A stretch of 64,000 bases of DNA from an uncultured Gammaproteobacteria bacterium (GTDB lineage: Bacteria > Patescibacteriota > Microgenomatia > Woykebacterales > RBG-16-39-9b): assembly GCA_965231125.1 (NCBI GenBank), contig OZ246414.1:448137-512136 (forward strand). The letters run 5' to 3'. A program made the position numbers and the translations under genes. Under the pieces are notes generated by a model. It was given only the letters and a program-made list of their open reading frames with translations, was not told the DNA's origin and ran no database searches. This document shows, piece by piece, positions 1 through 9,402 of this stretch; position 1 is the first letter of the stretch; every line of letters starts with the position of its first letter.

Positions 1-16
1 TCTTTTCAGTAGCCAT
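1..16 (-). CDS. 5' start (MATEK...) of a downstream gene running off the window; possibly citryl-CoA lyase
   Basis: ATG (cat at 14-16) lies 7 nt after the stop of 24..920. Only 5 codons are visible; the identity is a context guess. Confidence 0.3.
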
Positions 17-23
17 AGAAATC

Positions 24-920
24 CTATTTTACCATTTTTTTGATAAGTTTAGGGAGATCATCGGGTATTTCTGCAATAACCACTCCTGCAGACTCCAACG
101 CTTTAACTTTGTCGGATCGATGACCCATACCAGCCTCAATTATAGCACCTGCATGTCCTAAAGCCTGCCCGTGGGGAAGCATTTCGGCAAAAAGACCGGA
201 AATAAAAGCGGCCACCGGTTTGGTGAATTTCTTGCTTTTTATAAACTCGGCCGCTTCTTCCTCGTAAGTACCTCCGTGCTCGCCAAAAAGTACCACTGCT
301 TTTGTTTCTTTGTCTTGTTCGAATAATTCTAGGAGATCGGTAAAGGTTGAACCAACAATCATATCCCCACCTATCCCGACGACCGTAGATTGGCCTAAAC
401 CTTCCTTTTTCAAGATATAAGAAACTTCACTGCTCATCCCGCCACTTTTTGATATTACTCCGATCTCACCACGCACAAACGAAAAATTGGGATCATCTCC
501 ACCGATACTGCCCAGTTTTGCTTTTCCGGGAGAGATGATTCCAATCGATGAAGGACCGACAATCCGCACATTTTTTTCTTTGGCGTAGGCTACTACGTAG
601 GCCGTGTCCGAAATCGGCATGTGTTCGGTTAAAACATTTATCAAGGGAATATTGTGAGCAACCGACTCTAAAATAGCATCTTTGGCTACCATTTTTGGGA
701 CCGCGGCGAATGAAGTATTGATTTCTGGGAATTTATTTAGAGCCTCTTCAACGGTGTCAAAAACTGGCACTCCTTCACTTTCTTGGCCGCCTTTACCAGG
801 GGTTACCCCGGCTAAAACTTTAGTACCATAGGCAACCATTTGCTTAATTGCCCGTTGGCCTTCTTTGCCAGTGGCTCCTTGAACTAAAACTTTTGTATTT
901 TTACCCACTAGTATGCTCAT
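24..920 (-). CDS. sucD: Succinyl-CoA synthetase alpha-family subunit (SucD-like; possibly citryl-CoA synthetase small subunit)
   Basis: KVLVQGATGKEG CoA-binding start, GVTPGKGG, SKSGG, GIGGD, phospho-His motif GHAGA. Confidence 0.88.
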   Translation of the reverse strand: MSILVGKNTKVLVQGATGKEGQRAIKQMVAYGTKVLAGVTPGKGGQESEGVPVFDTVEEALNKFPEINTSFAAVPKMVAKDAILESVAHNIPLINVLTEHMPISDTAYVVAYAKEKNVRIVGPSSIGIISPGKAKLGSIGGDDPNFSFVRGEIGVISKSGGMSSEVSYILKKEGLGQSTVVGIGGDMIVGSTFTDLLELFEQDKETKAVVLFGEHGGTYEEEAAEFIKSKKFTKPVAAFISGLFAEMLPHGQALGHAGAIIEAGMGHRSDKVKALESAGVVIAEIPDDLPKLIKKMVK

Positions 921-1088
921 ATTTTAATTTTAGGTTCGCCGATCAGCAATCTTTTCGGCTTCAAATCCGCGCGAATTAAGTCAAGTTATAAGTATAGTCA
1001 TCGGCGCTTGTGCCTATGAAGCCTCAAAAATTGGATCAGCCCACCTTTTTTTACGACATTCCCGCGAGCATTAGAAAAGCTATGCTCT

Positions 1089-2291
1089 TCACTGCTTATA
1101 CTCGTTTACTAAGTCAACCAAAACCTTTGCCGTGCTTGTCATTGGAGTCTCGGGTCCAAAGATGTGAAAATCAAAGCCTTCTTTTTTACCAACCTCTTTT
1201 AACATTTTAAAAGCCTCTTCGTAGCGCGGGCCGCCGCGGCGGATAACAATTGGATAAATTGGCTTGGGTTTTATTTCCCGCAAGGCGTCTACAAAACCGG
1301 CTAAAGTCTCATAAATATCAGTGAAGTTTGCCGTTGCGCCCACAAACCAGGCGCCGTTTAACCCTTTCTTCGAGAGAACAATTTTAGAAAGCTTTTCAAG
1401 CTTTTCTCGCGGGGGGTTGCCTGAGTGCTCCGTATAGTTTGCTGGCTTTCCACCTAGAGCCATTAGGGCGTCCATGTTTACCAACGAACCACCACCGCCG
1501 GCGGCAATCACTCCGATATCACCATTAAGTTCAATGTAAGTAGAGCCGGCCGAGCCTCGATGATCATTTGCATCAATCTCTTTCGCTTGCATTTCTGCCT
1601 CTGTTGGCTTTTTTCCTAAAACATCTCTTGGGGGAAAATCCAAATCGGTGTGACGAAAATCGGCCTCGTCGTCCAAAACTACTTTTGCGTCAGCAGCGAA
1701 AAATTCTTCGTTTTCGGTTTCAATTAGCGGATTAATCTCCACCAGCCGGGCATCGTACTTTGTGAAAACTTCCCACATTCCAAGTAAGATTTTGGTAAGT
1801 GCGAGGAAATGAATTCCAGAAAAACCTGCTTCGGAAAGAGCCTGTCTTGCTTGCCAGGGTTGCAGTCCTTGAATAGGATCAATGGATAATCTTTTAACAG
1901 CGCCTTTGTCTTTTGCAAGTTCCTCAACTTCAACTCCACCTTTTTTGGAAACCAGTACTATCGGTGATCGTGACGAAGTATCGTAAGTTATACTAAAATA
2001 ATACTCAGCAGCCTTATCTACCAAGTAAGACTCAATTAGAACTTTTTGAATTTTTTCTCCACCAACGTCGCTATCTAAAAGATTTTTAGTAGCTACCTTA
2101 ACCTCGTCAATATCTTTGCAGGGTTTAACTAAACCTGCCTTACCTCTTCCTCCGGAGAGGACTTGGGCTTTTACAATCGCTGGTAAGTCTAAGCCTTCGA
2201 TTTCGTCAGCCGAGGAAACAACTAAACTCTCAGGAACTGGAATCGAAGAGCCCTTGAAAAGTTTTTTGCCTTCAAACTCATAAAGTCTCAT
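1089..2291 (-). CDS. ATP-grasp acyl-CoA synthetase beta subunit (SucC/ATP-citrate lyase beta family, with citrate-lyase-type motifs)
   Basis: MRLYEFEGK, KAQVLSGGRGKAG, EINPL; C-terminal ANYTEHSGNP, ANFTD and RRGGP are ACL-like. Confidence 0.88.
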   Translation of the reverse strand: MRLYEFEGKKLFKGSSIPVPESLVVSSADEIEGLDLPAIVKAQVLSGGRGKAGLVKPCKDIDEVKVATKNLLDSDVGGEKIQKVLIESYLVDKAAEYYFSITYDTSSRSPIVLVSKKGGVEVEELAKDKGAVKRLSIDPIQGLQPWQARQALSEAGFSGIHFLALTKILLGMWEVFTKYDARLVEINPLIETENEEFFAADAKVVLDDEADFRHTDLDFPPRDVLGKKPTEAEMQAKEIDANDHRGSAGSTYIELNGDIGVIAAGGGGSLVNMDALMALGGKPANYTEHSGNPPREKLEKLSKIVLSKKGLNGAWFVGATANFTDIYETLAGFVDALREIKPKPIYPIVIRRGGPRYEEAFKMLKEVGKKEGFDFHIFGPETPMTSTAKVLVDLVNEYKQ

Positions 2292-3055
2292 ATTTTATTC
2301 AAAATAGTTTGTAAGTTATTTTTAACACCTTTATTTGAAGCCCAGATGAAATTCACTTTTGTCATGTTTGTATCAAATGGTTTATCTAATTCGACATACC
2401 CACCGGCCTCTTGAACTAAAATAATTCCGGCAGCAACATCTACCAACTTTGTTGTTTCAGAGAGATCAATGTAGGTTTCTACAGAACCCTGGGCGACAAA
2501 GGCCAATCCTAAACTACCAAGCCCGAAAGTCCTTATTCTAAAAAAATTCTCGATCAACTTATTCATTTTTTCAATATTGCGCTTATTAAGTGGGGGTTCT
2601 ATGTAGGCTATAGAATCGCTTAAGGTTTTTTTATCGGAAACTGTTATTTTTTTTCCATTTAAAAAAGCTCCTTGATCTTTAATAGCGTAATATTGATCGT
2701 TACTTTTTGGGACATCAATTAGTCCAAAAATCAAACCATTATTATATGAAAGAGCGATACTTGTGCTGAATGAAGGTATTCCTAGTTTGTAGTTTTTCGT
2801 TCCGTCTAAAGGGTCGATGATCCAGGTAAAATCTGAGGTTTTTTTGGTTAGGCCTCTCTCCTCTCCTAAAATGTTATCGTCCGGAAAACTATTAGTTATT
2901 ACTTCTCTAATAGCGTCTTCAACATGAATATCTATATTCGTTTCTAGCTTACGGAAATTTTTAAGTAGAATTTTTTTACTGATCTTAGTGGATTCTTGAG
3001 CAACTAAATTAATTTTTTTAAAATCAAATTTATAACTTTGACCTGAATTTATCAT
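2288..3055 (-). CDS. Inositol monophosphatase family protein (SuhB-like)
   Basis: GEE, WIIDPLDGTKNY and DVAAG motifs. Confidence 0.9.
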   Translation of the reverse strand: MINSGQSYKFDFKKINLVAQESTKISKKILLKNFRKLETNIDIHVEDAIREVITNSFPDDNILGEERGLTKKTSDFTWIIDPLDGTKNYKLGIPSFSTSIALSYNNGLIFGLIDVPKSNDQYYAIKDQGAFLNGKKITVSDKKTLSDSIAYIEPPLNKRNIEKMNKLIENFFRIRTFGLGSLGLAFVAQGSVETYIDLSETTKLVDVAAGIILVQEAGGYVELDKPFDTNMTKVNFIWASNKGVKNNLQTILNKI

Positions 3056-4322
3056 AATTCGTATTTACAGTATTTTCCGTTTTTTCATATTCTTGTTTTA
3101 ACAAAATCTTTCTTTTTTCTTCTACATCTTTGTTGATTATTACAGATGGTCCTATTAAAGAGTTGGTGCCAATTCTTACACCAGGCATTGTTGTAGCGTT
3201 TACGCCAATTCTCACTCCACTACCACATATTACGCCTAGTTTTTCTCTTTTGGTGTCTAATTTATTTTCACCAGTTTTTATTGTTTTATTGTCCAGCCTT
3301 AAATTAGATATTACAGCTCCAGAGCCCATGCCCAAATTTCCTTCAATTACGGAGTCACCCACGTAATTAGTATGAAACCAACTGTTGTTTCCTACGTAAC
3401 TTCTTGTGATTTCCGTACCAAAACCAATCACGACGTTTTCAGCTACAATAGATTCTCTAATTAATGAATTAGTACCAATAATCGAATTTTTTCCTATGTA
3501 GCAAGGACCTTTTATAACCGCATTTTCTAAAATTCTTACTCCGTCTTCTATAATAGTCGGACCTTCAATAATTGCTGATTTGGAGATATTTGCCTTAATA
3601 CTAATTCTTCTTGAAGATTGTTTTAAAAGAATTTCCATAAGATCTAAAATATGCCACGGGTACTTTAAAGCTAGCCATGAGCCACTATACTCGGAAAGTC
3701 CAATTGTTAGGTTGTCTTTAATAAACATAGTCAAAGCAGTTTCGTAGTTATCGTCTCTATCACTTTTTGCTTTCTTTAAATAAGAAATAAGCTTTTTACC
3801 ATCTTTAAAATAATCAACAACAAGTTTAACAAAATTACTCGGTTCTTTACCTATTTCTGGTTTTTCAACAATGTCTAAGATCTTTCCGTCTTCTACTTTT
3901 AGATATGCCCCAGGAAAGTATTCTTTGACCTTATGGAAAGTAAAAATTGCATCAAAATTAGATTTTTTAGAAAGTTCAATAATTTTCTCATATGTTTTTG
4001 CCTCTGTTAGGTCATCGGCATTAGTAATAACAATTTCGCCACTAACAAATTTTTCAGCAGAAAGGAGTGCATCAGCCATACCCTTTGCTTCTTTCTGTAC
4101 AACCATTTGAACGCTGAGGCCGAGTTCGTCGGCAATTTTCTCTAAAGCCTCCTTATTCTCAGGATTAGCGATTATAACAATGTTATTAAAGGATTTTAGG
4201 TTGCTTAAAGTTTTAAGTATATGGAAAAAAAGAGGTTTCCCTAGAAAACTTAATAGTAGTTTGTCAGTCTTTAAAGGCCACATTCGTTTGCTTTTACCAC
4301 CCGCTAAGAGTATAAGTGTCAT
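3030..4322 (-). CDS. Bifunctional sugar-1-phosphate nucleotidyltransferase/acetyltransferase (archaeal GlmU-like)
   Basis: LAGGKSKRMWPL, VEKP, YPW; C-terminal hexapeptide left-handed beta-helix repeats; NLRLD...REKLG. Confidence 0.85.
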   Translation of the reverse strand: MTLILLAGGKSKRMWPLKTDKLLLSFLGKPLFFHILKTLSNLKSFNNIVIIANPENKEALEKIADELGLSVQMVVQKEAKGMADALLSAEKFVSGEIVITNADDLTEAKTYEKIIELSKKSNFDAIFTFHKVKEYFPGAYLKVEDGKILDIVEKPEIGKEPSNFVKLVVDYFKDGKKLISYLKKAKSDRDDNYETALTMFIKDNLTIGLSEYSGSWLALKYPWHILDLMEILLKQSSRRISIKANISKSAIIEGPTIIEDGVRILENAVIKGPCYIGKNSIIGTNSLIRESIVAENVVIGFGTEITRSYVGNNSWFHTNYVGDSVIEGNLGMGSGAVISNLRLDNKTIKTGENKLDTKREKLGVICGSGVRIGVNATTMPGVRIGTNSLIGPSVIINKDVEEKRKILLKQEYEKTENTVNTNYDKFRSKL

Positions 4323-4472
4323 GCTTAATTCTTGTTGAAAACGAAGCGAAACTGCAAACCTGCCCCGTATAAAATACTTCTCATATAATGCGCGAATTAT
4401 ATCTGAAAATAGGCGAGTTTACAAGCCTACAGGAAATTTACTGAACTGAAGAGGAAATTAGTAAGGAACCTC

Positions 4473-4542
4473 TTGACAAAGCTAACCCGAAGCTTTACTA
4501 TATAAATAGTGGTAAAAAAGGGTAAAAAGTGGAGCATAGTGT
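4473..4542 (+). promoter_or_regulatory. dcw promoter with MraZ-binding direct repeats
   Basis: TTGACA (4473)-17 bp-TACTAT (4496), then AGTGG/AAGGG/AGTGG/AGTGT at 10-bp spacing (4508, 4518, 4528, 4538). Confidence 0.8.
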
Positions 4543-4628
4543 AACACACTGGCTTCCCCCTCCACACAGCCTGCCTTTCTGGACAGCAGGTCTCTTTATC
4601 CCTGCCTAGGGACTTGTTTAAACTTCTT

Positions 4629-5060
4629 ATGTTCCTAGGCGAGTTCCGACACAACATTGATTACAAAGGTAGGCTTTCCGTACCTAAAAAATTTAGAGAA
4701 GGATTAGGCGTAGGTTCGGTGCTGACTAAAGGCTTAGATCGATGTCTTTTTCTTTATACCAGGCAAGCTTGGATAGCTCTTAGTAATCGGGTTCGGGAGC
4801 TTCCAGTTACAGCCGCAGACGCAAGGGCTTTTAGCCGGTATTTATTTTCTGGCGCTACTGAAATCCAATTCGATCAACTCGGCCGGATTTTTATACCCGA
4901 CTACTTACGAGCCTACGCAAATCTGAAAAAAGAAGTTGTAGTGGTTGGGGTTTTGGAAAGAGTTGAGATTTGGGATAAAACAGCTTGGAGCAAAGTTAGG
5001 AAAAGCGTTGAATCTCGCGGAGAGGAAATTGCCGAAAAACTTACGGGGACCGGAATATGA
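4629..5060 (+). CDS. mraZ: Transcriptional regulator MraZ
   Basis: MFLGEFRHNIDYKGRLSVP and DQLGRIFIP repeats; ATG 4629 preferred over 4614. Confidence 0.96.
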   Translation: MFLGEFRHNIDYKGRLSVPKKFREGLGVGSVLTKGLDRCLFLYTRQAWIALSNRVRELPVTAADARAFSRYLFSGATEIQFDQLGRIFIPDYLRAYANLKKEVVVVGVLERVEIWDKTAWSKVRKSVESRGEEIAEKLTGTGI

Positions 5061-5920
5061 AGTTTTTTCATAAAAGCGTTCTTTACAAGGAAGCTTTAGA
5101 CGCTTTGGATGTCAGACAGGGTGAAACTTACGTAGACGCGACGTTGGCGGGTGGAGGCCATACCGAGGGAATTTTAAAAGCGGGAGGGAAAGTTATCGGA
5201 ATTGATTTGGATCCAGAAGCCCTAAGTTTTGTTAAAGATAAGCTTAGTTCAGATAGGCTCATTTTGGAAGAAGGAAATTTTAGCCAGATCGACAAAATTT
5301 TGGAAAAACACGCAGTTTCACAAGTCGCCGGAGTACTTTTTGATTTAGGAGTCTCAAGTCACCAACTTGACACGAGGCAACGAGGTTTTGGATTTAAAAA
5401 CGCAGCACCTTTGGACATGCGAATGAGTCCAAAGCTGTCAGTCACGGCAGCAGATTTAATAAATGGTTTAAACGAAGGAGAACTTTATGAACTTTTTACT
5501 AAACTTGGTGAGGAACACTATGCACGACGTATTGCTCGTGCTGTCGTGGCCTACCGATCCGAGCAAAAAATAGAACAAACTGATCAGCTAGCGACTCTTG
5601 TAGAAAAGGTAATGGTTGGGTCTCACGCGACAAAAGTTCACCCCGCGACGAGAATTTTTTTAGCTTTAAGAATCGCCGTAAATGACGAGCTTAACAACTT
5701 AAAAGAAGCTTTACCAAAGGCAACTGAAAGATTAAAGAAGGGGGGAAGATTAGTTGTCATAAGTTTCCACTCCTTAGAGGATCGAATCGTTAAAGATTTT
5801 ATTAAGGCAAACGCTAACTTAAAGGATTTAACCAAGAAACCAGTAGTTCCGACCGAAAGGGAGATTAAGGAAAATCCAAGAGCACGAAGCGCAAAGTTAA
5901 GAGTAGCGGAGAGGATGTAA
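5057..5920 (+). CDS. rsmH: 16S rRNA m4C1402 methyltransferase RsmH
   Basis: DATLAGGGH, DLGVSSHQLD, LDMRM, ISFHSLEDR, NPRARSAKLR. Confidence 0.97.
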   Translation: MKFFHKSVLYKEALDALDVRQGETYVDATLAGGGHTEGILKAGGKVIGIDLDPEALSFVKDKLSSDRLILEEGNFSQIDKILEKHAVSQVAGVLFDLGVSSHQLDTRQRGFGFKNAAPLDMRMSPKLSVTAADLINGLNEGELYELFTKLGEEHYARRIARAVVAYRSEQKIEQTDQLATLVEKVMVGSHATKVHPATRIFLALRIAVNDELNNLKEALPKATERLKKGGRLVVISFHSLEDRIVKDFIKANANLKDLTKKPVVPTEREIKENPRARSAKLRVAERM

Positions 5921-5978
5921 GATGTAAGACTTCAGATTTAAGATATCTTAGGTCCTAAGCCCTAAATCTTATATCTAA
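5913..5978. repeat. Degenerate heptamer tandem repeats arranged as an inverted pair
   Basis: agatgta agacttc agattta ... tcctaag ccctaaa tcttata tctaaa. Confidence 0.55.
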
Positions 5979-5990
5979 ACTAACCTGCCC

Positions 5991-6326
5991 ATGAGACATA
6001 GAAGAAAAGAAACTGTCGAAAAAAAGAAAAGTATTTCTTTGCATCTGCCATTTCCCCGGCTCCTTTGGTTTGGCAGTTTAGTTTTAGTGGTTTTGCTTGG
6101 TGTAAATATATACTTCGCAAACTTATTAGCAACCTCAGGTGTACGGATGACCGCCTCAACCCAAAAAGTTCAAAAACTGGAAAAGGAAAAAGAAGATTTA
6201 GAAAATAAAATCAGTGAACTTGGATCTGTCTCCAAAATAGAAAATAAAGCGGCGAGATTAGGGTTTGTTCTGCCAGATAGCGTTGAAGTGTTATCCTCAC
6301 CGACTCCAGTTGCCGAGAGGCCATGA
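5991..6326 (+). CDS. ftsL: FtsL-like cell division protein
   Basis: Between rsmH and ftsI; basic N-terminus, one TM helix, coiled coil, IENKAARLGF. Confidence 0.7.
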   Translation: MRHRRKETVEKKKSISLHLPFPRLLWFGSLVLVVLLGVNIYFANLLATSGVRMTASTQKVQKLEKEKEDLENKISELGSVSKIENKAARLGFVLPDSVEVLSSPTPVAERP

Positions 6327-8086
6327 AAGGTTGGCGGCTTTTATTTGTCCAAATTCTTTTCCTGATCGTTGCCATCGTAACAGGCGGCCGTCTACTTTAT
6401 TGGCAAGTTCTTTTGCACAGCTCCCTAGAGGCGAAAGCTTCAAGTCAACATGAAGTTACCACATTGCTAGTTGGAGAAAGAGGCAAAATATTCGCTTCTG
6501 ACGGTTCGTTACTAGTGGGCAACCAACCGGCTTACTTGCTTTATGCCAATTTGACCTTCTTCAGGGAAACTTTTTCTTCGGGGGCTAAGGTGAAAAGTGC
6601 CGCTAGGAAAATCGCAAAAGCCTTACTTCCCGAAATTATAAAATCTCAAAAAAATCCAGCTCGCTTATCTGGTTTGGACAAAGAAAGATTGCTTTTCAAT
6701 GAAAGGGACGATCTAGTTAGACAGTTAAGTTCGAAAAATTTAGTTTGGGTACCTCTTGCCAAAAAAATATCAGAAAGCACAAAATCGAAAGTAGCGAAAC
6801 TTAACATTGCTGGTTTGGGGTTTGAAGAAGAATCAAAGCGCTATTACCCAGAAGGAAATTTGGCTTCTCAAGTGCTAGGGTTTGTTGGTAAAGATCAGAG
6901 TGATAACGATGTCGGTTATTTTGGTTTGGAAGGTTTTTATGACGGGCAGTTGCGAGGTAGGGAAGGTCGACTTTTGCAAGAACTAGATGCGTCTGGCAAC
7001 CCTATCTTGACTAATAATGAAGATGGCTCTCTTCCCGAAAACGGTTTTGATATAACCACCACAATTGATCGAAATGCCCAATATGTTCTCGATCGAGAAA
7101 TCAAGCAGGCCACAAAAAAATATGGGGCCAAAGTAGGAAGTGCCGTGATAATGGATCCAAAAACAGGTGCAATTTTGGCGATGACAAATTATCCAGATTT
7201 TTCGCCAGCCTCTTGGCAAGCCTTTGGGTCTCTCGATTATAAGAATTCGGTCGTCTCCGATGTTTATGAACCAGGATCTACTTTCAAAGCGGTGACAATG
7301 TCATCTGGTTTAGACTCGGGGTCTATAAAACCCACTACTATTTGTCCTTGTGCCGGTCCAATTAGAATATCCGGTTACCAGGTTGAAACTTGGAATAATC
7401 AATACAATCCCCACTCAACCATTTTGGAGATTTTGCAACACTCTGATAATGTCGGTGCTGGCTTCGTTGCTCAAAAACTTGGCGTGGACCGGTTTCTTGG
7501 GTACATAAAGAATTTTGGTTTTGGCGCGCCACTTTCGATAGATCTTCAGGGGGAGGAAGGTGGTTTAGTTAAAGAGAGGCAAAATTGGTCGGATATAGAT
7601 TTAGTTACAGCCGGGTTTGGCCAAGGCATATCAGTTACCTCATTACAGATGGCCTCAGCCTATGGGGTGATTGCTAACGACGGTAAACTTATGAAACCGT
7701 ATCTTGTCAAAAAAATTTCCAGTCAAAATAAGGATGTTAATATTGAGCCCAAACTCGTTCGTCAAGTTATAAAACCAAAAACGGCAAAAATAATTAAGCA
7801 ACTGCTGCTTGGAGCTGTGCTTGGTGGAGAAGCGAGACACCTGATTCCGCGCGGTTATAGAGTGGCCGGTAAGACTGGCACCGCTCAGGTCGCAATTTCC
7901 GGACACTACGATCCGTCTCAGGCGGTTGCCTCATTTGTCGGCTTTGGTCCTGTGGAAGACCCAAAATTCGTTATGATTGTAAAATTTGTGAACCCATTCC
8001 CAATCTATGGTGCCGAAACTGCCGAGCCTACATTTTTCAATATTGTGGAAAAACTTTATCCATATTGGGGTATATCAGTGCATTAA
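6323..8086 (+). CDS. ftsI: Class B penicillin-binding protein FtsI
   Basis: RGKI, RYYP, EPGSTFK (SxxK), SDN, GKTGTAQ. Confidence 0.93.
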   Translation: MKGWRLLFVQILFLIVAIVTGGRLLYWQVLLHSSLEAKASSQHEVTTLLVGERGKIFASDGSLLVGNQPAYLLYANLTFFRETFSSGAKVKSAARKIAKALLPEIIKSQKNPARLSGLDKERLLFNERDDLVRQLSSKNLVWVPLAKKISESTKSKVAKLNIAGLGFEEESKRYYPEGNLASQVLGFVGKDQSDNDVGYFGLEGFYDGQLRGREGRLLQELDASGNPILTNNEDGSLPENGFDITTTIDRNAQYVLDREIKQATKKYGAKVGSAVIMDPKTGAILAMTNYPDFSPASWQAFGSLDYKNSVVSDVYEPGSTFKAVTMSSGLDSGSIKPTTICPCAGPIRISGYQVETWNNQYNPHSTILEILQHSDNVGAGFVAQKLGVDRFLGYIKNFGFGAPLSIDLQGEEGGLVKERQNWSDIDLVTAGFGQGISVTSLQMASAYGVIANDGKLMKPYLVKKISSQNKDVNIEPKLVRQVIKPKTAKIIKQLLLGAVLGGEARHLIPRGYRVAGKTGTAQVAISGHYDPSQAVASFVGFGPVEDPKFVMIVKFVNPFPIYGAETAEPTFFNIVEKLYPYWGISVH

Positions 8087-8127
8087 AGTTTAAGTGTTAA
8101 GTCTTATTGTGTTAAAATGCGCCTGCT

Positions 8128-9402
8128 ATGAAATCTTTGCGGGAGCTAGTTCCCCAAGAAGTTAAAAATATATACCATTTTTGCCAGGCTTTCTTGGCCG
8201 CCTTGATATACGGTTTTCCCTCAAGGAAACTTAAAATAATTGCTGTTACCGGTACCGACGGAAAGACAACTGTAGTTAATCTAATTCACCATATTTTAAA
8301 GTCCTCAGGTGTAAAAGTCTCTATGATTTCGACGACTAGGACGATCATTGGGGAAGCCAATTTTGACACCGGGTTTCACGTCACAACACCTTCACCTTTT
8401 GAAGTTCAGAAATTTTTAAGGCTAATGATAAAAGCCGGCAGCGAAGTTGCGGTTCTCGAAGTTACCTCACACGCGCTTGATCAAAATAGAGTGGCGTTTG
8501 TAAATTTTCATACAGGTGTGATAACCAATATAACTGCCGAGCATTTGGACTACCACAAAAGTTTTTCGACGTACGTTAAAACAAAAGCAAAAATCTTAGC
8601 GGGTGTTAAGTATCGGGTTTTGAATGCAGACGACAAATCATTTTCGTCTCTAGCAACAAAAGGTTCAGGCAAGCTACTTAGTTTTGGTGTTAAAAACGAA
8701 GCGGGTCTACAAGCCGTTGATATTCAAGATGGAAAAGACGATACAAGTTTTACAATAAATCTTGGCGGGCGGAAGAAAATCAGTGTCACAACCCCCCTAC
8801 CAGGAATCTTTAATGTTTATAATTGCCTTGCCGCCTGTGCAGTCGCCAAAATTTTTGATGTCGAAAATAAAGTTACCACCTCTGCACTAAAAAAATTTCC
8901 TGGTGTTGTGGGCAGAATGGAGGAAGTTAAAGAGGATCAGAATTTCAAAGTGGTTGTAGATTTCGCCCACACTCCGGCTGCTTTGGAACAGGCGGTCCGC
9001 GCACTAAGGTCAAGAACACCGGGTAGCCTTATTTGCATTTTTGGTTGTGCTTCCGAGCGGGACACCTTTAAAAGACCAATTATGGGACAGATTGCCGGCA
9101 GGCTTTGTGATTTTACAATACTGACCAGCGAGGACCCAAGAAGAGAAAATCCCCAACAAATCATTGATCAAATTGCGGCTGGTTTGAAAAAAGAAGGAAG
9201 GGTGTTGAATAAAGATTTTTGGGAGATTCCAGACAGAGCCGCGGCAATTAAAGAGGCAATCGTTAATTTAGCAAAGGAAGGCGACACTATCGGGATTTTT
9301 GGCAAAGGGCACGAAAAGAGTATGAACATTGGTGGGGTTGAATACCCGTGGAGTGACCAAATGGTAGCCCGCAATAATTTACAGGAAAGGTTGAATAAAT
9401 GA
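8128..9402 (+). CDS. murE: UDP-MurNAc-dipeptide:amino acid ligase MurE
   Basis: VTGTDGKTT, EVTSH, EHLDYH, DFAHTP, EDPR, GKGHE. Confidence 0.94.
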   Translation: MKSLRELVPQEVKNIYHFCQAFLAALIYGFPSRKLKIIAVTGTDGKTTVVNLIHHILKSSGVKVSMISTTRTIIGEANFDTGFHVTTPSPFEVQKFLRLMIKAGSEVAVLEVTSHALDQNRVAFVNFHTGVITNITAEHLDYHKSFSTYVKTKAKILAGVKYRVLNADDKSFSSLATKGSGKLLSFGVKNEAGLQAVDIQDGKDDTSFTINLGGRKKISVTTPLPGIFNVYNCLAACAVAKIFDVENKVTTSALKKFPGVVGRMEEVKEDQNFKVVVDFAHTPAALEQAVRALRSRTPGSLICIFGCASERDTFKRPIMGQIAGRLCDFTILTSEDPRRENPQQIIDQIAAGLKKEGRVLNKDFWEIPDRAAAIKEAIVNLAKEGDTIGIFGKGHEKSMNIGGVEYPWSDQMVARNNLQERLNK

